Of a DNA stretch of 64,000 nucleotides, positions 52,013-64,000 are shown one piece after another. The DNA comes from Octopus vulgaris (taxonomy: Eukaryota). The notes under the pieces were generated by a model. The model saw nothing but the letters and a program-made list of their open reading frames with translations, was not told the DNA's origin and did not search any database. The stretch's first letter is position 1; each line of letters begins with the position of its first letter. The stretch is taken from positions 99,262,001-99,326,000 of the forward strand of contig OX597816.1 in assembly GCA_951406725.2 (NCBI GenBank), in the 5' to 3' direction. The position numbers and the translations under genes were made by a program.

Positions 52013-53682
52013 GAATCATAATAATAACGACAGGCAATATTAGCTGAAAAGAGATTTTCAGACTCATAAGCACCTTTTATTAGACGTAGATACGCTAAAT
52101 ATTACATCAGTGACTTTTCAATCCCCGTTTAACTATATCATTAATAGTTGATTTTCGCTTAACATGCCATGCCGGTGAATACTTCCAACTGGCGAAGTCC
52201 AAAGAAGCAGAAGTGTTTATTTCACAAGGCCACAATTGCTGCCAGACGATTTTTTCTGCTGCTGATATATTCCTGTTCTTTAATATTACACCTGTATAAG
52301 AGATACTTTCTTAAGACAAATAATGCAGTAGTTTCACAAGCTTTAAAAAAAAAAACATATCTGCTTTAAGTATGATATACAAATTATTCTTTTCAGCTAA
52401 TATTTCCTGTCGTTGTGAATAACGAATTATTATTATTTCCGAAACGAATTATTATCATTTCCGAAAATATTTCCGAACTTTTGGGGGAGGGGGCCAGTCG
52501 ATTACATCGACACCAGTACGCAACTGGTAGTTAATTCATCGACTCCGAAAGAATGAGAGGCAAAGTTGACCTCGGCGAAATTTGAACTCAGAACGTAAAA
52601 GCAGACGAAATAATTAAGAATTGTTATTCAATGAGAAAAGTAGACAGCTTTATGAAATAGATGAATGTTGCTCTAACCAGCTATCAAAACAATAATATAA
52701 AACAAACATTATAAAACAATGTTCAAATGACAACAATAACATCAACAGAGAAACTAAAAGTATAAATCATAAACTAAAATTAGCTGCATATCATACATAA
52801 GCAGAATTTCCCACTAAACGCATCCGATACTAGATTAATTAGCAAGGGAATCTTAAACACTATTAAGAATAACATAAGAAAGTCATCACTAATTAATTGT
52901 ATTAGAGAACAGGTATCTAAGTTGTCATTCTAAAGAGATCCTTTATTGTACAGGCACCTATCATAATTAAGCACTAGAATCTAAGCTGATTAATTGATGA
53001 GAACCTTTTTATTTTAACTTTTCGCCGTACGCTGTAGCATCTTCTATTTTATACTTGCATTAACAATGTGCTAATCTTCATTTATAAGATTTCATATGGA
53101 AATTTATTTCATAAAACATTCTTAATTTGAGTTATAGATACACTTATAGTAACTGAAGATAACTGTGCCTTCGGAATTACAAGTTCTTGCGCAGTAAATC
53201 AGATTTGCGCTGAAGTGATCATTAATGGTACAAATCAATGCATGTGTGATAGATTATAAATTTCTACAACAGCACTTCAATCACAGTTTGTTATTCGGGC
53301 GCGAAAAAAAAAGAGGAATGGTATAAAATTTTACAATTACATTTGATATTTGAAACAACGCAGTAGTGATCTCAGCACCACGCAGAAGCTCCTTGAGCGA
53401 TATACAGGTGACAAAAGAACGGCAATAAACGATGTGATTTATGCATATTTGAAAAGATCTTCAAGTTTAACGACATCCTTTCTAAATGAAAAATTTCAAT
53501 TTTTTTTAATGATTATTCCCTTGATAAGTATTTACTGAGAAATAAGAATTCTTTAACGTTACAATCTACCTTTCAACTACACATGCCCGAAGTAGTTTTC
53601 TCGTTCATCATTCATATCTCTGAAGCCTCCACTGCAAAGTTTACTCATCAATGGTGTGTATGTATTATATATAATGTTTTTC

Positions 53683-54126
53683 ACTCTTTTACTTGTTTCA
53701 GTCATTTGACTGCGGCCATGCTGGAGCAGCGCCTTTAGTCGAACAAGTCGACTCCAGGACTTATTCTTTGTAAGCCTACTACTTATTCTATCGGTCTCTA
53801 AGTGACGGGGACGTAAACACACCAGCATCAGTTGTCAAGCGATGTTGGGGGGGGAGACAAACGCAGACACACAAACACACACACATATATACATATACAT
53901 ATATACGACAGGCTTCTTTCAGTTTCCATCTACTTAATCCTCTCAGAAGGCTTTGGTCGGCCGGAGGCTATAGTAGAGAATACTTGCCCAAGGTGCCACA
54001 CAGTGGGACTGAACTCGGAACTATGTGGTTGGTAAGCAAGCTACTTACCACACAGCCACTCCTGTGCCTACATAATACAGCCACTCCTGTGCCTACATAA
54101 TACAGCCACTCCTGTGCATATATAAT
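53683..54126 (-). mobile_element. OR-type CORE-like SINE with triplicated 25-bp 5' junction
   Basis: Full head-to-tail SINE; ACAGCCACTCCTGTGCCTACATAAT x3 at 54052-54126. Confidence 0.9.
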
Positions 54127-54289
54127 ACATTAATCAGTATTAATCCATGTATTATATATGCTGTGCATATACAATACATTAATATATTACGCATGCATGC
54201 ATATACGATTCTGCCACCATAAACGTCATACATGAACTCATTGCATAACTGCTGCATTTCTTTACTCGACTATACTCTTTAATCTTTCA

Positions 54290-54466
54290 TTCTTTTACAC
54301 GTTTCAGTCATTTGACTACGGCCATGCTGCAGCATCGCTCTTTAGTCGAAGAAATCGAACCCAGGACTTATTTTTTGTAAGCCTAGTAATTATTCTATCG
54401 GTCAGAACATAAACACACCAACATCGGTTGTCAAGCGACGGCGAGGGAGCAAACAGATGCACAAAG

Positions 54467-54504
<38 letters not shown>

Positions 54505-54660
54505 CGGTCTTCTTTCAATTTCCGTCTACCAAATCCACTCACAAGGCTTTGGTCGGCCCGAGGCTATAGTAGAAGGCATTTGCCCAAAGTACCACTCAAT
54601 GGTACTGAGCCCAGAACTGTGTGGTTGGAAAGCCAGCGCCTTACCACACAGCCACGCCAG
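54290..54660 (-). mobile_element. OR-type CORE-like SINE
   Basis: Same family as 25972 and 53683, internal (CA)n. Confidence 0.9.
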
Positions 54661-56109
54661 TGTGGATGTACTTTTTTCTTGTTTTTTTTGTTTTTGTTTT
54701 TTTTTGCTTTCTCCTTGCATTCCTGTACGGCTGTTTCTTATCGTTCGTTTTGCGCCTTTCATACGGATGTAGTCGCATTCCAAGTGCAGAGAATTCTAAC
54801 ACAATTTAGTATGGAAGAAGGTACACTTGTTATCTTTTGTGTATCCATATTTAAGTTCAGAGTTATGGACTCTGTATTTGGGACAGGGTTTTAGTGGAAG
54901 GTGAGGGCAAACTTTACCCGGTATACTATGTGGACAAGTGCCCTTCATTTGTATGCGGTATAATGATGTGAGAAAGGACATTGGTTTTTGTTGTTGTTGC
55001 TGCTGCGTTCAAATTTACAAATGCTTTATTATGATATTAACCCTCTGGGGTCAATGAAATAAATTCAAGTCAAGTACTTGTCTCATTGTAATTGATTTTC
55101 CTTCCTTTACTCGAAATTTCAGGCCTTGTGCCAGTTAGAAACAATAACTATGATTGTTACTAATGGAATAACTGTGGTACCACATGATATGGGAATAGCT
55201 CAGTACTATTGCTCTCCTCAGACATGGTGTTGCTATGATATCATTACTCAATATTTCCTTTTTTTTTTCTCTCTCTTTCAGTATGGCACGATTCGAGTAA
55301 TATATGGCTGCAGAGATTTTCCGTCATTGTAATATATTGTCGATATAAGTTCGACAAAACACTATCTAAAGCACAAAATAGCCAACTAACATACAAGCTA
55401 CCATTTTCTTTATATTATTGGTATTTTTTTATACTATGTATTTCTTTTCAGAGTTATTGTTATTAATGAGGATTGAAAATCGTAGTTATAGTCTGACTGT
55501 AGTATCCCCAATGATTAAAACTACATATAAACACATGTATGTATGTATGTATGTATGTATGTACCGTTTGGTGTCAACAACATATTGAAATGTCAGTTTT
55601 GTACTTAGTACCAGAATCTTTAAATATATTTATTTCATATTTGGTAACCTTCTATGTTGGAATTTTTATTGTCAAGGTTATTTCTATTTTCCTAATGTAC
55701 TAGCGTGTCCTACTTGACCCTTACTGATCTCCATACAGTCAACTTAGTTTCCGCATCTTTTACTTTCTTTCTTAATTTATACTTTTGGCTTCTAGTTGTC
55801 ATCGTTTAGATATTATGAGGATTAGTCATATATACTTAAGTAATTATAGATGCTACTTCATTTGTAATAAAGAAATCAGGTCGTTTGGTTTCATATATTT
55901 GGTCTATATAAATATTAATACGGCGTTTTTGACCTTTCTATTTTTTGATGACATCAGCTGCTTTCTTCTCTGATCACTTATTTTCTGCAAGAATTGCTTA
56001 CATTCCGCATAAATACCAATGCGTCGAATTTTCTAGCTATATTCCAACAAAAGGCAAGTATCTAGATTAGTATTATTTGTTTATCTGTATATTTATATAT
56101 GTACACAGA

Positions 56110-56179
56110 GATACACACACATATACGTATATATATATATATATATATATGTATATACATACATGCATAAGCATATATG

Positions 56180-56234
<55 letters not shown>

Positions 56235-56289
56235 GTACATATATACGTATGTAAATATATATATATATATACGTACATATATACGTATG

Positions 56290-56324
<35 letters not shown>

Positions 56325-56464
56325 GTTCATATATACGGATGTAAATATATATATATATATATATATATATACGTACATCTATACGTAGGTAAATATATAT
56401 ATATATATACGTACATATATACGTATGTAAATATATATATATACGTACATATATACGTATGTAA

Positions 56465-56498
<34 letters not shown>

Positions 56499-56545
56499 GT
56501 ATGTATATATATATATATATAATGTGTGTGTGTGTATATATATAT
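56110..56545. repeat. (TA)n-derived minisatellite, unit (TA)n-CGTACATATATACGTATGTAAA
   Basis: About six visible units. Confidence 0.9.
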
Positions 56546-57182
56546 GTCAGTTAACTTTTGTTTGCTTTCGTTTTTATTTATTCGATGGTAATCTCCATTA
56601 ACAACCTTAAGATATCTTTAACAACCTTTGGCAGTTCTTTTACTAATGTTCATAGCGTTTAGTACAGTGACATCAATTTATAGTACTTTAGGGATTTCTG
56701 AAAGAACACGTTCGGCTACGTCATTCCTTATTATCTTCTTACATTTCATCCCTTCAATCATATTCAACCTTCCTTCATTCTGTCCAGTTTTGCTAGCGCG
56801 GTTATATTTTTTTGTTTCTAACATTTTCTTAGTTGCTTTTATATTTTATTTATTTTATTTATTATTTTGAGAACGTCTTCTTTTGTTCTTCCACCGTATT
56901 GTTTCTGATTTGTTTTTAATTCAAACTACTTGACAGTTGAAAGATTTCTCTTGGCTTTTTCTGACATTGATCTCTCCTGCATATATATTTTAACTTACAA
57001 TAGTAGTAGTAGTAGTAGTACTAGTAGTAGCAGCAGCAGTTGTAGTAGTAGTCGTAGTAGTAGTCGTAGTAGTAGTCGTAGTAGTAGTAGCAGCAGCAGC
57101 AGTAGTGATACATATAGTATAATATATAGAGATATGTAGAGACATAGTTAAAGACATATATTTATATACATATATATGCATG

Positions 57183-57248
<66 letters not shown>

Positions 57249-57425
57249 GAGAGAGAGAGAGAGATAAGTTCCATTCTTTAAAGGTACTCATTCTTGTTAG
57301 ATCATAGATCTAATTACAATTTTATATATATAAATATGTATAAAATATAACAGCCGGACTAGACCTAGGAAAAAAAAAAAAAAATGCGCAACTCCATTTA
57401 ACTTACAATAGTAAGGATGCCAATA

Positions 57426-57478
<53 letters not shown>

Positions 57479-57489
57479 TTATATATAGT

Positions 57490-57870
57490 GTATCAAAAAT
57501 AAAAAACATTAAAGAAGAACAAACACAGAAAAAAAGAACGCAAGGACATGGTACATGTAAAGTATTAGCAGACGCTCAGAGAGGGAAAGAAAGGTGGTTT
57601 TAGCATTCGAGCAAAGCTTTTTTTCAGAAACAGGAAAATCCAATAGAAAAGGAAGACGGGGGGAGAAATCGCCAACGAATCACATGTCGTCACAAACACA
57701 AAATGCAGCAACACGAGGACGTGATAGATGTAAAGTATTAGCAGACGCTCAGGGAAGGAAAGAAAGGCGGTTTTACGTTTCGAGCAGAAAAGCAGAGGAA
57801 AGTCCAATAGAAAAGGAAGACGGAGGGGAAAAAGTCATCAACGATTCATATATGGTTACATTTTGAAATG
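57490..57870 (-). mobile_element. Penelope-like pLTR, partial tandem duplication, with two degenerate HHR motifs
   Basis: atgtaaagtattagcagacgctcag at ~57555 and ~57728; minus strand gttt-CTGAAAA-aaAGCtttGCTC-GAATGCTA-aaac and gctc-GAAACGTA-aaac. Confidence 0.65.
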
Positions 57871-57885
57871 GTATGGTGTATATAT

Positions 57886-57917
<32 letters not shown>

Positions 57918-58067
57918 AACATAAGTTTATATATATATATATATAAACATAAGTTTATATATATATATATAAACATAAGTTTATATATATATATATATAT
58001 ATATATAAACATAAGTTATATATATATATATATATACGATTCATATATGGTTACATTTTGAAATATG

Positions 58068-58113
<46 letters not shown>

Positions 58114-58174
58114 ATAAGTTTATATATATATATATATATAAACATAAGTTTATATATATATATATATAAACATA

Positions 58175-58209
<35 letters not shown>

Positions 58210-58240
58210 ATAAGTTTATATATATATATATATATATGTA
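57841..58240. repeat. AACATAAGTTT(AT)n minisatellite inside a ~195 bp tandem duplication
   Basis: acgattcatatatggttacattttgaaat at 57841 and 58036. Confidence 0.9.
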
Positions 58241-58244
58241 CATA

Positions 58245-58287
<43 letters not shown>

Positions 58288-58899
58288 GTGTGCGCGTGTG
58301 TATGTATCTATACTATAATGTAGTAATTTGCTTACTAATGAGGTATGTAACAGTTACTAAAAGTATTAAAAGAAAGCAATATTAAAAGCTTGACCGTCTG
58401 GAAATATTTTTATAAATTCATGTTCTACGAAATTGCCTATAATTTCGATTTCCGAAGTTTATTGAATTTTTTAAACTCCAAATTCTTGCAAATTTAAATA
58501 TTCATTGCATTCACCGCGGAGTAGATTTTAATGTTTAATAATAAACATTATTAATTCGTTGCAGGCAACATTTTACGTTTATATTTGCAAAAGTTTCTCA
58601 TTCTCGCTCGCCTCTATTTTCATTAATGATAATTTAATAATGGCTATATAACTTGGATACGAGACACAATTTCAAGAATGCTATCAGTTTCCGGAGTTTG
58701 TTAAATGAATAATTTTGATAAAATGAAAATTCTTTAATGTATCGGTTTAATTTTTTTTTTTACATGATTCTGTTGGTATGGCTACTTGAAACGTGATAAG
58801 CCTGAAAGTAATAACTATATGGTCGCTGTTATTTCTAACACGCTAAATAAGATAGTTTTGAAGAGCTTTCATTTACATATAATATGGGACTGAAAAAGA

Positions 58900-60455
58900 A
58901 AATTTAGCAGAAAAGACACAACGGCACAGAGAAAGACGGGCAACTGAATGAGATGCCATTAGGACAAAGCGACTGAAACAGATGCCTGAATATGCAAGGA
59001 GACGTAGATATGATTCTGACCGACTGGTTAGGATATCTCGAGAGGAGAATATTCTACTTCAAAATAATGGTGCCAGAACACAAATTGTTCATGCAACACT
59101 AAATAGATCTTATTTTTGCGATCATGGGAAAGTAGTGGAGATGATAACCAATCTAAAACCTCTTACAGAAAGCCATGTTGCTAATTACCTTCTTGCTGTA
59201 GGAAATGGTAAAAATTCTGTTGAACAAAGCCTAGGTGAATTAAAATTCAACTTACCCTTATGACCCTTGCCTTGAAAGTGGTTCTCTTTCAGATCTATGT
59301 GATTTTGTATATGCTGACCTCAAAAGTAACTTCACAAACCCTGTGTGGCTTGTAAATAGGACCACAATTACTCCAACAAATGAAGCAGCACAATTTGTGA
59401 ATGATTTTCTGTTGGCCAAGATCCCCGGTGAACTAAAAATGTATAGAAGCTCAGATACAGTTGATAATGAAACTCTGTAACCAACCGAGTTCATCAACAA
59501 CCTTACAATATAGGGTTTCTACCACACATTCTCAAACTGAAGAAAAAAAGGATGCATAATGCTTCTGAGAAATGTAGATGTTACAAATGGGTATGGCAAT
59601 AACACATACTCAATCATTGTCAGTGTACATGACCAGTTCTTGAGGCTGAATTTGCTTCTGGTCCTTATGCAGGATCAACTCTGCTAATCCAAAGAATACC
59701 ACCTGTATCTCAAGAAATGGAATTACCATTTACGTTTACGAGCAAAAAATTTCCTGTCAAGTCAGCTTTTGCCTTGACATGCAACAAGGCACAGGGACAA
59801 ACTTTTGAAAAAATTGGAATATATCTTTCGACTCAATTCGAAAGAAGACTGATGTAAACATATTGGCTGAGAGAAATGGAAACAGTATAATTATTGACAA
59901 TTGTGTCTACAAGGAGATACTACTTTAAAGCAAAATATGCTTTTTAGCAAGTTTCAGTAAGTAGAATTAACACATACATTATATGTAGAATAGCATATAT
60001 TTGTGTGGAATTAAATTGTTTTGCCATATTTCAACACACGCCGAATGAATGTCATCGTTATATTAGATCCTTTTAAATTTGGGTATATTGGAAAATGTAA
60101 GGAAACGTCATTCCCATGTGTTCTCACAGCACCAGACTCATGTGTGTGTGAGAGTGTGTATCTCTCCATCCCTCCACCCATTCATCCATCCATTCATCTA
60201 TCTATCTACCTATGATCACCTATGTAAGTTCTACCAATTATTAATAATAGAAATACATAACAGATTGACTTTTGAAAACGAGAGATTATGACTGATAAAA
60301 TAATGAAAGCAATATTTACTAAGCAAATGAGCACTGTTATACAAAGAAATAATTAGACGCAAAATATCATAAAACTTATTAGAATTGGGAATCAAATGTG
60401 GAAATATTATTGAGTGACCAGCAGATAAACGCCCGGAGGGCGGGCTTTCTACTAG
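58900..60455 (+). mobile_element. Helitron remnant: PIF1-like helicase C-terminal part and intact 3' terminus
   Basis: ITPTNEAAQFVN..KIPGE..YRSSD..PTEFINNL, PHILKLK, IMLLRN, LIQRIP, FPVKSAFALTCNKAQGQTFEKIGIYL; hairpin 60430-60445 and CTAG|T at 60452-60456. Confidence 0.92.
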
Positions 60456-60504
60456 TATATATAATATATAGATAGATAGATAGATATGTCTACATTCTTT
60501 TATT

Positions 60505-60676
60505 CTTTATTTCACTGTGACCATGCTGGAGCACCGTCTTTACACGAATATATCAACTTATTCTCTGTGAGCCTAGTACTTTTCTATCGGACTCTTTTTT
60601 TTGAGCCGCTAAGTTGCGGGGATGTAAACACACCAATATCGGTTGTCCGGGTGATGGGGTACAAACACACACGCAC

Positions 60677-60714
<38 letters not shown>

Positions 60715-61951
60715 CTCATCCCATACGTTCTGTCCCATTTTACCTTTTTTTTTAAATTGAGTGAAATTTAATTGTATTTTACAATGGAACTTTAAAATAT
60801 TTTTATGCAGTTTTGTATATTTTAACTTTCTTACATGAAGTGTCCAAAGAGCATTTAAGGCACATAATGCATTATGAGTACAACAAGGAAACTCTGCAGC
60901 CGAAGCGACTCGAAACATACACTCAGTTTATGGGAAAGAATGCTTGAATGAAATAATTTACAGAAGATGGTTTGCAAAATTCTGAAGTGGAAATTTCAGC
61001 CTTGAAGATGAAGATCGAACAGGACGTCGAGTTGAGTTTGATGATAAGCTCCTTGAGGCATTACCTGAAACAAATCCTGCATTATCAGTTGAAGAACTGG
61101 CAATAAAGCTTAGTTCAAACCATACAACTGTTCATCGTCATCTTCAACAACTTGGAAAGGTTCCTAAACTTGGAAAATGTGTGCCTCATAAATTGTCCGA
61201 AAGCAACCGCAAATCCCGAATTGATATCTGCCCTTCACTCCATTCTCGCGAGCTCATTTCACCCTTCTTGGGTAGACTAGTGACTGGTGACTAAAAATGG
61301 ATCTTATATCGAAATGTTAAACGTCGTAAACAGTGGCTTGGTAAAAGGGGAAAAGCTCAAGCACAACTGAGAAGGGTACTTCATGGGAAAAAGGTTCTTC
61401 TCTCTATCTGGTGGGATTGCAAATGTGTAATTCGCTTTGAATTGTTACCACCTAATGCAACAATCAATGCTTAAGTCTACTGTCAGCAATTAGAGTGTTT
61501 GAACCAAGTTTTGAAGAAAAAAGACCCGCTTTAGTGAATCGAAAAGGAATGATGTTTCATCAGGACAATGCGCGACCCCACACTGCAAAGTTCACATCAG
61601 AGAAGATCGAAGAGCTTGGTTGAGGATAAATTCCTCATCCACCTTATTCTCCCGACCTTGCTCCTTCAGACTACCATTTGTTCCGTAGTTTACAGAATCA
61701 TTTGGGGGACTTAATTTTCGCAAGCGAGGAGGAGGAGGTCGAAACTGATATTTCAGAGTTCTTCGCTTTGAAACCAAAAGTGTTTTACATTGAAGGGTTA
61801 AAAAGCTTATAAATAGATGGAAGGAATTCATAGATTATCAGGAGAAGTACATTGATGATTAAATTTCAATTGAATATAAAATTTGTTGATCACTTGTTTT
61901 CTTTAGTCAAATTTCGAACAGAAATTATGGGATGACTTGATACATAAATAA

Positions 61952-61984
<33 letters not shown>

Positions 61985-61994
61985 CACACACACG

Positions 61995-62068
<74 letters not shown>

Positions 62069-62233
62069 CACGACGGACTCTTTCAGTTTCCATCTAACAA
62101 ATCCACTCACAAGGCTTTGGTCGACCCGAGGCGATATTAGAAGACACTTGCCCAAAGTGCTATGCAGCGGGACTGAACCTGGGAGCATATAGTTGGTAAG
62201 CAAGCCACTTCCTACACAACCACTCCTGCGCCT
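60505..62233 (-). mobile_element. OR-type SINE split by a mariner insertion (parts at 60505-60680 and 62070-62233)
   Basis: Tail half and head half are colinear around the internal (TA)n. Confidence 0.8.
60711..61940 (+). mobile_element. Full-length but dead mariner (DD34D), ~1.23 kb
   Basis: Imperfect TIRs (tcatcccata..ttctgt / acagaa..tatgggatga), TA flanks; CVPHKL, VTGD*KW, FHQDNARPH, HPPYSPDLAPSDYHLFR; several stops; ORF remnant 60784-61862. Confidence 0.95.
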
Positions 62234-62449
62234 ATGGATGTGTACCTTTAAAGAATGGCCCTATAAACAGTGAACAATAAACAGTTCACGTATATTCCAT
62301 TCGAAGTTGCGTTAGAACAAGTACAATACAGTTTACTTAAGTGTATTACTTCACTTTACTTTCAATATATTTCTCTTTATCATAGATAGAGATGTTGTAA
62401 CTTTAATTCAAGAAAAAACACCTAGTAAGTGATACCAAAGCTTTTCTTT

Positions 62450-62945
62450 TATCATCGCCATAATATCATTACATCATCATCATTGTTACTATCGTCATGT
62501 ATTTGTCGCTATCATAATCAACCACTTCGAAATTCTTTGTTCTTGAATCTTGTTCTTATCCTCACCATCATCATCAGAAATAACTGCATCCAGAAGCATT
62601 AGTATCTTCAGCTTAATCAATATCATTATCAGCATTATAGCGATTTTCATCATCATCATCATCATCATCCTTTTATCAATTTTGCGATTGTCATTCTCAT
62701 CAGCAGCAGTATCTTCGAGATCATCGACATGACGATCAGTACCACACAGATATTCATAATTATCCTGATTAATCTCATCATCATTATAATCAGCAGCAGC
62801 AGTAGCAGCAACATCCGCATTATCATCTTCGTCATCTTTGTCTTCGTCACTACCATCATCATCACTATCACCATCATCATCATCGTCGTCATCGTCGTCG
62901 TAATCGTCCTCGTCGTCGACAACGTCGTCATCAGTATCAACATTT
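62450..62945. repeat. Degenerate (ATC/GTC)n tract
   Basis: Directly visible. Confidence 0.85.
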
Positions 62946-63539
62946 CACATGTCTCAAGGAGCATGGTGAAATCTTGTTCTGAATGTGAAGTGCTTCCGAA
63001 AAAAATTCTTCAAACAGTATAACAATTCTGAAGATTGCTTTCATTGAGTTGGATCCCTACTGTATTTTTATTAATCACACACATACACTAACACTCACAG
63101 ACACGCTCACTCACTCACTCACTTACACACATATATAACTACGTATATAAGTGTAAATATATATACAAATGCGATTATTAATATATAAACACACACATAT
63201 ACATATATATATATATACACTTTATATAACACACACAGACACACACATATGTGTGTGCGTGTATGTGTGGATACTTGGGGAAGTGTATCTATTTACACCC
63301 AAATAAATGTGCAAAAGATCAGATATCAGAAACGCGCAGGAACACACACAAGTATATTGATATTATATTAAATATACGTGTATGTATGCATGTATGTGCA
63401 TATGTACGTGAATACACAGATATGCGCGCACGCACACATGCACATTCTTACAGACACACATACATACAGGCATATTATATATGTATGTATGTTTGCATGT
63501 ACGTATGTATGTATGTATGTATGTATGTATGTATGTATG

Positions 63540-63589
<50 letters not shown>

Positions 63590-63775
63590 CGTGTAAATGG
63601 TTGCTTTGGCATCTTTCTTTTTTTCTGTTGTAATATATTTTTTCTTCAACACGACTTTTGAAGTGTCGTTCAACTAATCAATAATAATAATAATAATAAT
63701 AAAATTAGTTACATTATTATATCAAAAACACGAGATTTATTACTGTACTAAAAATAAGAATTATAAACTCAACTG

Positions 63776-63843
63776 GTAGTAGTGGCAGTAGTAGTAGTAG
63801 TAGCAGTAGCAGCAGTAGCAGCAGTAGTAGCAGCAGTAGTAGC

Positions 63844-63887
<44 letters not shown>

Positions 63888-63892
63888 CAGTA
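63776..63892. repeat. (AGT/AGC)n tract
   Basis: Directly visible. Confidence 0.9.
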
Positions 63893-64000
63893 GAGGGAAG
63901 GGGAGGACGACGTAGAAATATACATGTAAACGTTACCACTTACATGAAAGCAAATGGATATTAAATGGACAAAAGTGTGACAATATGGAGAGGAAAAGGA

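Larger units (their letters stand above)
49040..55420 (+). pseudogene. Decayed mucin-4-like gene (NIDO ... SEA - EGF - EGF-like - TM)
   Basis: NIDO-like NTFHFVGRS..FSNEG, GPIVSYKQLT..FLQEAT, FQSILAND..IVLYN; SEA-like SLIVDFRL; phase 1-1 exon 53138-53320 CAFGITSSCAVNQICAEVIINGTNQCMCD with one TAA; exon from 55282 ..SVIVIYCRYK; stops and frameshifts throughout. Confidence 0.5.

Noticed and set aside
51426-52291. Minus-strand exons (ORF 51426-51644 with GTAAGT; open frame from 52291)
   Set aside because: No recognisable domain; they overlap plus-strand segments that fit the SEA-EGF order, so probably antisense shadows (not fully excluded)
54428-54894. 114-145 aa ORFs
   Set aside because: Mostly read through the antisense strand of a SINE and (CA)n
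56110-58240. CRISPR-like repeat-spacer arrays
   Set aside because: Spacers are only (TA)n of variable length, there are no cas genes, and the context is eukaryotic; these are minisatellites

Overview
AT-rich, microsatellite-dense eukaryotic DNA, very likely from an octopod cephalopod (inferred from the two abundant tRNA-derived SINE families). No intact protein-coding gene is supportable; nearly all listed ORFs are microsatellite artefacts or transposon debris. The window holds many R4/Dong-type LINE fragments in (AAT)n tracts, Penelope-like element (PLE) remnants with several hammerhead-ribozyme (HHR) motifs, two dead mariners, a Helitron helicase remnant plus a non-autonomous Helitron, and many SINEs. 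Splice-bounded, stop-interrupted exons suggest decayed MUC4-like (NIDO/vWD/SEA/EGF/TM) genes. The most unusual object is a ~520 bp head-to-head palindromic element at 6862-7380 (8-bp TSD) whose arms combine a tRNA-derived Pol III head, an (AAT/AAC)n spacer and a Penelope-type HHR end, with reciprocal deletions. There is also a ~325 bp foldback hairpin (4860-5185) and a GC-rich insertion with an HHR-like core (11927-12295). All calls were made by eye; boundaries are approximate unless stated.
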